Below are positions 7,715-15,785 of a stretch of 64,000 nt of DNA, piece by piece. Origin of the DNA: an uncultured Actinomycetota bacterium. Its GTDB lineage: Bacteria; Actinomycetota; Actinomycetes; Mycobacteriales; Jatrophihabitantaceae. Location: the NCBI GenBank assembly GCA_963796905.1, contig CAWCNK010000008.1, positions 225,298 to 289,297 of the forward strand, in the 5' to 3' direction. Position 1 is the stretch's first letter; the number at the start of each line of letters is the position of its first letter. Below the pieces are notes generated by a model. That model worked only from the letters and a program-made list of their open reading frames with translations. It made no database searches and was not told the origin of the DNA. A program made the translations under genes and the position numbers.

Positions 7715-10700
7715 TCATTCCGCGGCGTCGGTCTGGCCGGCCTCACGGTCGAGGTCGCTCAGTCGCTGGCGTGCCAGGCCGAGGTCGCGCTGGTAGCTGG
7801 CGTTGTCCGGGTCCAGCCGGGTCAGGGCCTTGGCGACGCTGAGGTAGCGCCGATGGTGCTGGGCTGCGTCTGCGGGCCGGCCGGCGGCGTGGTCGAGATC
7901 GCCCAGCCGTTGGTGGGCGATGCCAAGGTCTTGCTGGTAGCTGGCGTTGTCGGGGTCTAACTGCGTCAGGGCCTCGGCGACGCTGAGGTAGTGCCGGTAG
8001 TGCTGGGCTGCGTCTGCGGGCCGCCCGGCGTCTCGGTCGAGGTCGCCCAGCCGTTGGTGGGCGACGCCGAGGTCCTGCTGGTAGCTGGGGTTGTCCGGGT
8101 CCAGGTGGGTCAGGGTCTTGGCGACGCTGAGGTAGCGCCGATGGTGCTGGGCTGCGTCTGCGGGCCGGCCGGCGGCGTGGTCGAGATCGCCCAGCCGTTG
8201 GTGGGCGACGCCGAGGTCTTGCTGGTAGTTGGCGTTGTCGGAGTCTCGCTGCGTCAGGGCCTTGGCGACGCTGAGGTAGTGCCGGTAGTGCTGGGCTGCG
8301 TCTGCGGGCCGGCCGGCGTCTCGGTCGAGGTCGCCCAGCCGCAGGTGGGCCAGGCCCAGATCGCGCTGGTATCCGGGGTTGTCGGGGTCCTTCCGGGTCA
8401 GAGTCTCGGCTGCGGCAAGGTAAAGCTGAAAGTGCTGGGCTGCCTCTGCGGTCCGGTCGGCGTCACGGTCGAGGTCGCCCAGCCGTTGGTGGGCGACGCC
8501 GAGGTCCTGCTGGTATCCGGGGTAGTCGGGGTCCTTCCGGGTCAGAGTCTCGGCGATGCTGAGGCAGTGGTGGTAGTGCCGGGCTGCGTCTGCGGTCCGG
8601 CCGGCGGCACGGTCGAGGTCGCCCAGCCGTTGGTGGGCCACGCAAAGGCTGTGCTGGTAGCCGGGGTCGCCGGGCTGCGCATCGGCCGCCTGGGTATCGA
8701 TGGCCAAAGCGAGTACGAGGAGGACTCGCGCGTCCCTCGTCCTGCCGTAGTCCTTGAGGAGAGTGCCCAGGTCATCGAGCGACGAACTCAGCGAGTTGCG
8801 GACGGTAACGGGCAACCGAAGCACGGTCTCGGTTCGGAGAAGAGCGGCGTCGGCGCGAGAAAGGGCGTCGAGCAACTGAATTCTCCCTTGCTGTGCATCG
8901 GGAGTGCCGGGCTGGACACAACGCTCGGCAAGCCGCTCGTGGCTGGCCAGTAATGCGGTACTGAGCAGCCCTCGGGTTTCGACGTTGTCCGCCACGCGGA
9001 CGAGAACCGTCAACGCTCGGCCGACCTGGTCGGCGCTGCTCAGGTGTAGCACCGCTTCCAGCAGCGCAAGCCGCTCGGCACCCAGCCCGAGCTGGTGAAT
9101 GACGAGTGCCTCGCCGAGCCGGTCCGGCCGCAGCGGGTTCCACAGGTCCATGCCCGGGTAGAGCTCTCGGACGGCGTTGCTCAGCCGACTTCGCAGCTCC
9201 TCGTCGGCTGCCTCGGGAATCAGGTCGAGCAGAGCTTCAGCCTCGGATTCGTCGCGCGCGCCACAGAGGGTGGCCAGCGCGACGGCGAGCGGCAGCAGGT
9301 CGACCAGCTCGGGGTAGCGGCGGCGCCAGTGGCGTTTCTCGTGGTCCAGCGCGCGATCGACCGGCACCCGGTCGGGTTCCGGAGAATCATCAGTGCCGGT
9401 AAGGACATCGTCGAACGCCTCGAACAGCACATCGAGCGGTCGTGCGTGCTGGGACGGGTCGATGGTCCACCGATGCTGATCACCGGGTGCCCAGCCGTCA
9501 CCGAACCAGGCACGCCCGAAGCTGGTAACGGCCGCCTCGTAGAGCACCTGCTGCTGTTCGGGTGTCCAGCCCGCGAAGGTGCCGGACAGGTCGCGAGCCT
9601 GGTCGAGTGCCGACAGCGCGGCGCCCGATGCGTCGTCCTTGAGCAGGTCGATGGCATGGCCGACCGGTGAGCCTGCTGCCGGCCGGCTCAGCAGCAGGAG
9701 CCGTGCCGGCGTCAGGGCAGTGGCGGCGCGGGTCATCTCGGCCAGCTGCCGGCCCAGCTGAGGGGTGTCGTGTTCGTCGACATAGTCGACGACGAGCAGC
9801 CGAGGGGCATCCAACGTGGCGGCGCCCCGATCGTCGGCGGGCAGGAATCCGGTTACCCAGCCTCGCCGTTCCAGCTGTCGGCACGCCTCGATCGCGAACC
9901 TGGTCTTGCCGACACCACCCGCGCCCTCGAGGTAGGCGACGGACACCGGCATCGGGTCCGAGCACCAGGCGGCTATCCGGTCGAGCTCGTCGCCGTGCGG
10001 CAGGTAGGGCACCACGCCGAACTCGGCCCGCAGCATCGTCGAGGGTTGGCCGGTCTGAGGCTCGACCATGGCACCGACCCAGGACCGGTCAACCGTGTCG
10101 AGCGCTCCGCCGATCTGGATGGTGGCGGCCCAATGGTCTCGGTCACGCAGTGCAGCGCCGCTGTTCAGCTCGATCAGCCGCCGCCCGAGCTGGGTCAGCT
10201 CGTCGTCGACACTGGCCTCGGTCAACGCCGCGATCGGTGAGGCCCAGCCGCCACGCGGCGCGGTGACCGACCGGGAAACCGACATCAGCCCGATGACGCC
10301 GCGGCGGGTGGGGCAGATCAGCGGAGCTCCGCTGAGTCCCGGCGGCGCCTCGCCGGCCTGCAGTTGCAGGAATCCGTCGGCGTCCTGCCCGACGAAGCTG
10401 AACGAGGCGGGGCCACCCACCGCCACCACGCCCTCCTCGCGGCGACCGAAACCCCAGGCGTGTAGCTCGGTGCTCCGGCTCGGTTCGTCCAAAACCAGGG
10501 GCGCGCAGACGTGTCCGCTCCAGCCGTCCAGCTGCACTACCGCCAGATCCGGGTAGGGCCAGAACGCGGATCGAGAGCCTTCCGAAGGGGAATCGGACCG
10601 GGCTCGCACCACGCCGGCCACCGTCGGCGGCGGCTGACTGCCGTCCAGCGCGGCCCGCCGATCCATTGCCACCGCCACCTCGCGGGCGTCGCGCACCACG

Positions 10701-10825
10701 TGCGCGCAGGTCAGGACCCAGCCTGGCGCCACCAGCACCCCGGAGCCCCAGGACTTGCCGGTGGCCGGGTCCTGCAGCCGGACCACGAACCGGCGCAACT
10801 CCCGATCGATGATCTGGCGGACCAC
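7715..10825 (-). CDS. Trypsin-like serine protease / STAND P-loop NTPase (NB-ARC/NACHT-like) / TPR-repeat fusion protein
   Basis: 1036 aa. S1 protease triad contexts are LTCAHVV (His), DLAVVQL (Asp) and GLSGAPLI (Ser). Walker A is EGAGGVGKTRF and Walker B is RLLVVDYVDE. The C-terminus holds 6 full plus 1 partial 48-aa TPR-like repeats (DPDNxxYQQDLGVAHQRLGDLDRDAGRPADAAQHYRHYLSVAxALTxL). Confidence 0.85.
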   Translation of the reverse strand: MVRQIIDRELRRFVVRLQDPATGKSWGSGVLVAPGWVLTCAHVVRDAREVAVAMDRRAALDGSQPPPTVAGVVRARSDSPSEGSRSAFWPYPDLAVVQLDGWSGHVCAPLVLDEPSRSTELHAWGFGRREEGVVAVGGPASFSFVGQDADGFLQLQAGEAPPGLSGAPLICPTRRGVIGLMSVSRSVTAPRGGWASPIAALTEASVDDELTQLGRRLIELNSGAALRDRDHWAATIQIGGALDTVDRSWVGAMVEPQTGQPSTMLRAEFGVVPYLPHGDELDRIAAWCSDPMPVSVAYLEGAGGVGKTRFAIEACRQLERRGWVTGFLPADDRGAATLDAPRLLVVDYVDEHDTPQLGRQLAEMTRAATALTPARLLLLSRPAAGSPVGHAIDLLKDDASGAALSALDQARDLSGTFAGWTPEQQQVLYEAAVTSFGRAWFGDGWAPGDQHRWTIDPSQHARPLDVLFEAFDDVLTGTDDSPEPDRVPVDRALDHEKRHWRRRYPELVDLLPLAVALATLCGARDESEAEALLDLIPEAADEELRSRLSNAVRELYPGMDLWNPLRPDRLGEALVIHQLGLGAERLALLEAVLHLSSADQVGRALTVLVRVADNVETRGLLSTALLASHERLAERCVQPGTPDAQQGRIQLLDALSRADAALLRTETVLRLPVTVRNSLSSSLDDLGTLLKDYGRTRDARVLLVLALAIDTQAADAQPGDPGYQHSLCVAHQRLGDLDRAAGRTADAARHYHHCLSIAETLTRKDPDYPGYQQDLGVAHQRLGDLDRDADRTAEAAQHFQLYLAAAETLTRKDPDNPGYQRDLGLAHLRLGDLDRDAGRPADAAQHYRHYLSVAKALTQRDSDNANYQQDLGVAHQRLGDLDHAAGRPADAAQHHRRYLSVAKTLTHLDPDNPSYQQDLGVAHQRLGDLDRDAGRPADAAQHYRHYLSVAEALTQLDPDNASYQQDLGIAHQRLGDLDHAAGRPADAAQHHRRYLSVAKALTRLDPDNASYQRDLGLARQRLSDLDREAGQTDAAE
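7718..8671 (-). repeat. 144-bp tandem coding repeats (about 6.6 units) with a 288-bp two-unit super-repeat
   Basis: The string gtgctgggctgcgtctgcgggcc recurs with 144-nt spacing (about 7857, 8001, 8145, 8289). Alternate units are nearly identical at DNA level: HAAGRP..HHRRYLSVAK units alternate with RDAGRP..HYRHYLSVA units. Confidence 0.85.
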
Positions 10826-10841
10826 GAGCCAGGTGGACCCG

Positions 10842-11159
10842 TCAGCTCGCCGCGGCGGCCGGCGTTGGCTTCCAGGTCAGTGTCACCTTCAGCGAGGCCT
10901 CGCCCCCGCCTTCGACGAGCAGGCCGGTCAGCTTTCCGGACTTCGCGGTCACCTTCAGCGCGAACTCCACCTGCGCCTCGTCGGGCTTGATGGTCTGCCA
11001 GGCCTGGGACAGCTCGGCACCGATCGCCGTGACCGTCTCCCGAACCCCCTGGAAGGACATCGGACCGTTCCGGTCATCGATCGTCGTCGGTCCGTCGCCG
11101 TCGGCCACCTCTACGTAGAACTCGACCCCGTCGGCGACGACTAACTGCTCCTGACCCAT
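10842..11159 (-). CDS. Small trypco2-like (trypsin-co-occurring domain) protein
   Basis: 105 aa from ATG at 11159, preceded by GGGGAGG. Its stop lies 16 nt upstream of the protease-STAND start. MGQEQLVVADGVEFYVEVA...EAQVEFALKVTAKSGKLTGLLVEGGGEASLKVTLTWKP matches my recollection of the trypco2 / CU044_2847-type pattern (VEFEL..A..G..V..GGEAS..H.V.L.W.P). This was not verified by search. Confidence 0.6.
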   Translation of the reverse strand: MGQEQLVVADGVEFYVEVADGDGPTTIDDRNGPMSFQGVRETVTAIGAELSQAWQTIKPDEAQVEFALKVTAKSGKLTGLLVEGGGEASLKVTLTWKPTPAAAAS

Positions 11160-11319
11160 CTGTGCCTCCCCGTGGCGACTGCCGAACCTCGGCACGGACA
11201 GACTAGGGCCGATACGCACCTAGAGGGAGAGTTGTCGCCGTCGAGTTGGTTGCCAGCCATTCGGGCAGATCCTCGTTGGCAGCTCGCGGCCGGCCTCGGC
11301 AGCCCCCCGCTGCCGTGAA

Positions 11320-11754
11320 TCAGGTCCAGCTCTGGCCCGGTTCGTAACTGCCGAAGCTCCACTCGTGCCCCTCCTGGTCGAGTACCCGGGACCGGCGGGT
11401 ACCCCACTCGGTCGATTCCGGCTTGAACACCTCGCGTGCGCCGGCCGAAACGGCCTGCTGGTGCAGGGCGTCCACGTCGGCGACCCGCAGGTAGAGACCG
11501 CCGCCGGTGGATCTCCCTTTCAGCGCCGGGACGTCGTAGCCCGCGTCGTCGCTGGCGACCATCAGCACCACCGAGCCCAGCCGTACCTCGGCATGGGTGA
11601 CGGTGCTGGCCGGTCCATCCTGCCGCGTGAGGATGGTGAAGCCCAGCGCCTGCAACCAGTCCAGCGCGGCTGGTGCGTCCCGGTAGCTGAGGTAGGCGAA
11701 GAGGGCCGGCTCACTCACCGGGGCAGTATCGGCACCGACCCGGGCATCCGACAA
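11320..11754 (-). CDS. VOC (glyoxalase/bleomycin-resistance/dioxygenase) family protein
   Basis: 144 aa. Paired beta-alpha-beta-beta-beta pattern: LSYRDAPAALDWLQALGF...HAEVRLG...LYLRVADVDALHQQAVSAGA...W....RVLDQEGHEWSF. Confidence 0.7.
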   Translation of the reverse strand: MSDARVGADTAPVSEPALFAYLSYRDAPAALDWLQALGFTILTRQDGPASTVTHAEVRLGSVVLMVASDDAGYDVPALKGRSTGGGLYLRVADVDALHQQAVSAGAREVFKPESTEWGTRRSRVLDQEGHEWSFGSYEPGQSWT

Positions 11755-11811
11755 GCCAGCCGCTACGGGTTGATCTGCACAAGTTCGTGGTTGCCGCAGC
11801 CGGCCCTGTCA

Positions 11812-12477
11812 TCAGAGACCGACGAACGTTACGGTCTCGGCAAGCTCTGCGCGCTCCGTGCGCAGCGGCGGCACAGCCTCGTCCTGGTAGCCGATGGACA
11901 CACCGCACAGCAGGACCAGCGCGTCGGCCCCGACCACATCGCTGACGGTGCGGCGGTATTGGGTCCACAGCACCTGAGGGCAGCTGTGCAGTCCCTCCGC
12001 CCGCAGCAGCAGCATGACCGTTTGCAGGTACATGCCGGCGTCGGCCCACTGGCCGGGACCCATGACCGGGTCCAGAAAGCAGAAGAGCACGACCGGGGCT
12101 CCGAAGGCGTCGGTGTTGAGCGCGGCGACCTTGCTCGGCCGGTCGGGGTCGTCGCGGTCGATCCCCAGCGCCTGATAGCGCTGAACGGCGGCAGCGGTGA
12201 ACCGGTCGGCGTACGGTGCGCCACCCAAATCGTCCGGGTACATCGGGTACTCCCGCTCGTCACCCGGGTCCCCGGCCAGTGCCCTGGCCGTCGCCCGTCG
12301 CTTGAGCTCGGCCAGTGGCTTTCCCGCTACCACGAAGAGCCGCCACGGCTGGAGGTTGCCACTCGAGGGCGCACGGGCAGCCGCGGAAAGGACGCGCTCG
12401 AGAATCGCCGCGGGCACCGGCTCTGCGCTGAACGCCCGGACCGCCCGCCGGCTGTCGACGGCCTCGTAGACGTCCAC
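11812..12477 (-). CDS. Nitroreductase family protein
   Basis: Only the last about 221 aa of the 738-aa track ORF look real. GTG at 12477 lies 11 nt after GGAGGAGG. Sequence: VDVYEAVDSRRAVRAF...AARAPSSGNLQPWRLFVV...VSIGYQD. Confidence 0.8.
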   Translation of the reverse strand: MDVYEAVDSRRAVRAFSAEPVPAAILERVLSAAARAPSSGNLQPWRLFVVAGKPLAELKRRATARALAGDPGDEREYPMYPDDLGGAPYADRFTAAAVQRYQALGIDRDDPDRPSKVAALNTDAFGAPVVLFCFLDPVMGPGQWADAGMYLQTVMLLLRAEGLHSCPQVLWTQYRRTVSDVVGADALVLLCGVSIGYQDEAVPPLRTERAELAETVTFVGL

Positions 12478-12518
12478 CTGCGACCGCCCCTCCTCCTGCC
12501 GGCGGTAGCCGGGTGCGG

Positions 12519-14621
12519 CTACCGATCGGCCCGCACAAGTGTGGGACTGCCGCCGGTGGTCTCGGCATCCCGCCGCGCCGGCCGGCCCGGCAGCCAGAAC
12601 CGTTCGCCGAGCAGCTGGGCCAGGGCTGGGACGAGGACCGTCCGGACCAGCAGGGTGTCGAGCAGGACGCCGATGCCCACGATCACCCCGATCTCGGTGA
12701 GCACGATGACCGGCAGCGTCCCGAGGACGGCGAACACCGCGGCGAGCAGGATGCCGGCGCTGGTGATCACGCCGCCGGTCACCGCCAGGGCGTCGACCAT
12801 CCCGCGGCGGGTGCCGCTGGTTGCCGTCTCCTCGCGGGCCCGGGTGGCCAGGAAGATGTTGTAGTCGACACCGAGCGCGACCAGGAACAGGAATGCCAGC
12901 AGCGGCACCCGATCGGCCAGCCCGGCAAAGGAGAAAACGTGCCGGAACAACCACGACGCGGCGCCGAGGGCCGCGAAGTAGCTCAGGACGACGGTGGCGA
13001 TGAGCAGCAGTGGCGCGACCAGGGCGCGCAGCAGCACGACCAGGATCACCAGGACGATCGCCAGGATGACCGGTGCGATCACGTACAGGTCGCGGGTCGC
13101 CGCGTCCTGGACGTCGAGGTCGATCGCTACCGAGCCGCCGACGTAGGTGCCGGGTATATCGGCCAGTTGGTTGCGCAGCGCGCTGACGGTGTCGAAGCTG
13201 GCCCGGGTGTCGGGAGCGGCGGTCACGATGACGTCGACCTGGGTGAGGCCGGCTCCGCTCTCCCCGATGCGGGCGGACGCCACGCCGGGCACCGTGCGGG
13301 CGGTCCGGGCCACCTGGTCGGCGGAGGCGTTCGGGGTGAGCACCGCAACCGGGTCGGACGCGCCGGCCGGGAACGACCGGGCCAGGGTGGTCAGCCCGGC
13401 CACCGACTCCGCCTTCGTCCGGAACGTGTCCGCCTGGCTGAGGCCGACGCTGGTACCGATCAACCCGGCGGCGAGCAGCCCGAGCAGCAGTACCGACCCG
13501 ACGGTGACCGGCCAGGGCCGCCGTGCGGTGCGCTCGCCGATCCGCCGCCACAGCCGTCCCTCGTTCGCCAGCGAGCGGCGACCGCGCTCGTCCGGTCGCG
13601 GGACCAGCGGCCAGAACACCCCGCGCGGCAGCGAGACCAGGGCCGCGGGCAGCAGCGTCAGCCCGAACAGCACGGCGGTCGCGATGCCGATCGCGCCGGC
13701 CACCCCGATGGCCCGGTTGTCCCCGAGGGTGGCCAACAGCAGGCTGAGCAGGGCCAGCGTCACGGTGAGGCCGGAGGCCAGGATCGCCGGCCCGGCCGTG
13801 CGCAGCGCCTGGCGCATCGCCGCCCGGCGGTCGGAGACCCGACGCAACTCTTCGCGGTAGCGGGCGATCAGCAGCAGCGCATAGTCGGTGCCGGCGCCGA
13901 AGACCAGCGCCTCGACGATGCCGGTGGTCGCCTGGCTGATCGGCAGGTCGGAATGCCGGGACACCACGGCGATCAGGGCCCCGGTCACCTGGTCGGCCAA
14001 TCCCACGACCGCCAGCGGCACCAGCCACAACACCGGGCTGCGGTAGGTGACCAGCAACAGCAGCGCCACCACCACCACGGTTGCCAGCAGCAGGGTCAGG
14101 TCAGCTCCGTCGAAGGCCTTGTTGACGTCGGCGGCGAACCCGGCCCCACCGGTGACCTGCACGGTCAGGCCGGCGGGTGCCTGGGCACGCACCCGGGTGC
14201 GGATCTCGGTGACCTGATCGGTCAGCCGGGTGCCGTTCGGATCGGCCGCGGAATCGTTGGCCAGCGGCACGACCAGCAGCGCCGCGCGGCCGTCCGGGCT
14301 GACCTGCACGGGCGGCAGCCGGCCACCGACGGCGAAGCGGGCCAGCTGCTGCCGGGCCGCGCTGACCGCGCTCCGGTCGGCGGCGGTCAGCGGGTCATCC
14401 CCGCGGCTGTAGACGACCAGGGCGGGAGCGGTCTGGGCCGAGGGCAGCCGCTGCTGGAGCTGGGCGGCGACGGTTGCCTGGCCACCGCTGGGCAGCCCAG
14501 CCGCGGGATCGTCGCTGGTCCGCGCCGACCCGGCGCCCAGGATGAGCAGGACGGAGCCGAGGAGGACGAGAAGGGCCAGAACCCGTGCAGACCAGCGGCC
14601 GGTCAGGACCTTCAGCGCCAT
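12519..14621 (-). CDS. MMPL family RND-type transporter
   Basis: 700 aa from ATG at 14621, after GGAGGTGG. It has two 6-TM bundles plus periplasmic domains. Sequence includes GAGTDYALLLIARYREEL...GVDYNIFLATRAREE. Confidence 0.9.
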   Translation of the reverse strand: MALKVLTGRWSARVLALLVLLGSVLLILGAGSARTSDDPAAGLPSGGQATVAAQLQQRLPSAQTAPALVVYSRGDDPLTAADRSAVSAARQQLARFAVGGRLPPVQVSPDGRAALLVVPLANDSAADPNGTRLTDQVTEIRTRVRAQAPAGLTVQVTGGAGFAADVNKAFDGADLTLLLATVVVVALLLLVTYRSPVLWLVPLAVVGLADQVTGALIAVVSRHSDLPISQATTGIVEALVFGAGTDYALLLIARYREELRRVSDRRAAMRQALRTAGPAILASGLTVTLALLSLLLATLGDNRAIGVAGAIGIATAVLFGLTLLPAALVSLPRGVFWPLVPRPDERGRRSLANEGRLWRRIGERTARRPWPVTVGSVLLLGLLAAGLIGTSVGLSQADTFRTKAESVAGLTTLARSFPAGASDPVAVLTPNASADQVARTARTVPGVASARIGESGAGLTQVDVIVTAAPDTRASFDTVSALRNQLADIPGTYVGGSVAIDLDVQDAATRDLYVIAPVILAIVLVILVVLLRALVAPLLLIATVVLSYFAALGAASWLFRHVFSFAGLADRVPLLAFLFLVALGVDYNIFLATRAREETATSGTRRGMVDALAVTGGVITSAGILLAAVFAVLGTLPVIVLTEIGVIVGIGVLLDTLLVRTVLVPALAQLLGERFWLPGRPARRDAETTGGSPTLVRADR

Positions 14622-14771
14622 GCCACCTCCTGTCCTGACAGCTAAACATGCCCGGCCATGAAGGGAAAATTGTGCAAGCTGGGTCGCCGTGCAGGGTTGA
14701 ACCCCTACGGGCACTTGGGGTCATCCGGCGCGCACTAGGATGGCTGCGGCTGGCGAGGCTTGCTCGCCCCG

Positions 14772-14847
14772 GCCGGCGTGGCGCAATTGGTAGCGCACCC
14801 GACTTGTAATCGGGCGGTTAGGAGTTCAAGTCTCCTCGTCGGCTCCA
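14772..14847 (+). tRNA. tRNA-Thr (anticodon TGT), CCA encoded
   Basis: Hand-folded cloverleaf: acceptor GCCGGCG/CGTCGGC, D arm GCGC-AATTGGTA-GCGC, anticodon arm CCCGA-CTTGTAA-TCGGG, variable CGGTT, T arm AGGAG-TTCAAGT-CTCCT, discriminator T, CCA. Total 76 nt. Confidence 0.9.
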
Positions 14848-14880
14848 CCTCACGCGATACCTCACGCGATGGCCGCCGCT

Positions 14881-15615
14881 TTACTGCCCGGACGACAGCT
14901 TGGCCACGAAGACGTAGCGGTCGCCGCGGTACCAGCTGTGCACCCACTCGATCGGCTCACCCGCGGCGTCGAAGCTGTGCCGTCCCAGCACCAGCATCGG
15001 AGAACCGGTGTCGGTATTGAGCAGTTCGGCCTCGCGCGGCGACGCGGCGGCGGTCTCGATGGTCTCCTCGGCGGCCACCGGTGACGTGTCGTAGACCTCG
15101 GCCAGCACCTGGTACAGCGACGAGGCCTTGCGGACGTGGCCGATCAGGCCGGGGAAGCGGGCCGCCGACAGGTAGGAGGTCTCGACCGCCATCGGGGTGC
15201 CGTCCACCAGGCGGAGCCGCTCGATGCAGTAGACCGCCGCCGCCGGCTTGATCCCCAACCGGGCGGCGATGTCTTCACTCGCGCGTTCGCGCACCGCGTC
15301 CAGCAGCTGGGTGCTGGCCGAGTACCCGGCCGCCGCGGCCTGCTCGGTGAAGCTCGTCATGTGCAGCGGCCAGGCGATCTTCGGCTCGGCGACGTAGGTG
15401 CCCGAACCCTGCCGGCGGACCAGCCGGCCCTCGCCCACCAGCTCGCTGAGTGCCTGCCGCACGGTCGTCCGCGAGGTCGCCAGCTCGACCGTGAGCACCC
15501 GCTCGGTCGGCACCAGGCTGCCCGGTTCGAGCGTGTCGATCAGCTGCAGCAAATGCCGTTTGACCTGGTAGTACTTGGGTTCACGGGCGCTGGAGGGGTT
15601 GATGTCGAGGACCAT
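14881..15615 (-). CDS. GntR/HutC-subfamily transcriptional regulator (DasR-like)
   Basis: 244 aa from ATG at 15615, after AAAGGGGAG. The wHTH reads PTERVLTVELATSRTTVRQALSELVGEGRLVRRQGSGTYV, followed by a UTRA effector domain. It is divergent from the GlcNAc/MurNAc genes. Confidence 0.9.
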   Translation of the reverse strand: MVLDINPSSAREPKYYQVKRHLLQLIDTLEPGSLVPTERVLTVELATSRTTVRQALSELVGEGRLVRRQGSGTYVAEPKIAWPLHMTSFTEQAAAAGYSASTQLLDAVRERASEDIAARLGIKPAAAVYCIERLRLVDGTPMAVETSYLSAARFPGLIGHVRKASSLYQVLAEVYDTSPVAAEETIETAAASPREAELLNTDTGSPMLVLGRHSFDAAGEPIEWVHSWYRGDRYVFVAKLSSGQ

Positions 15616-15740
15616 GGCTCCCCTTTCCGAACCCGACAGTGCGGCCAGCAGCGAGGTCGCTGCTGGCGAAAGACTACCGGCCGGGGTAGCCAGAGGTTTA
15701 CACCATTGACAACCCGTTCGGATCTCTCGGACACTAGCAG

Positions 15741-15756
15741 AGTTGTCTAGTCCATT
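15741..15756. promoter_or_regulatory. dre-like operator (DasR-responsive-element-like)
   Basis: AGTTGTCTAGTCCATT matches the Streptomyces dre consensus A(G/C)TGGTCTAGACCA(G/C)T at 13 of 16 positions. It sits in the divergent regulator / GH3 intergenic region. Confidence 0.5.
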
Positions 15757-15785
15757 TGCGCTCATCCTCAGGTACCGGAGCCGAC

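Noticed and set aside
7718-8671. Regular 144-bp repeat array, considered as a possible CRISPR or other non-coding array.
   Set aside because: The repeats are contiguous with no unique spacers. They stay in frame and encode TPR-like helices that continue the STAND protein, so this is a coding tandem repeat.
14640-15765. tRNA-Thr considered as an integration hotspot or genomic-island boundary.
   Set aside because: There is no integrase, recombinase or excisionase nearby. I noticed no duplicated tRNA 3' end. The flanking genes (MMPL, DasR-like regulon) look like core genes.
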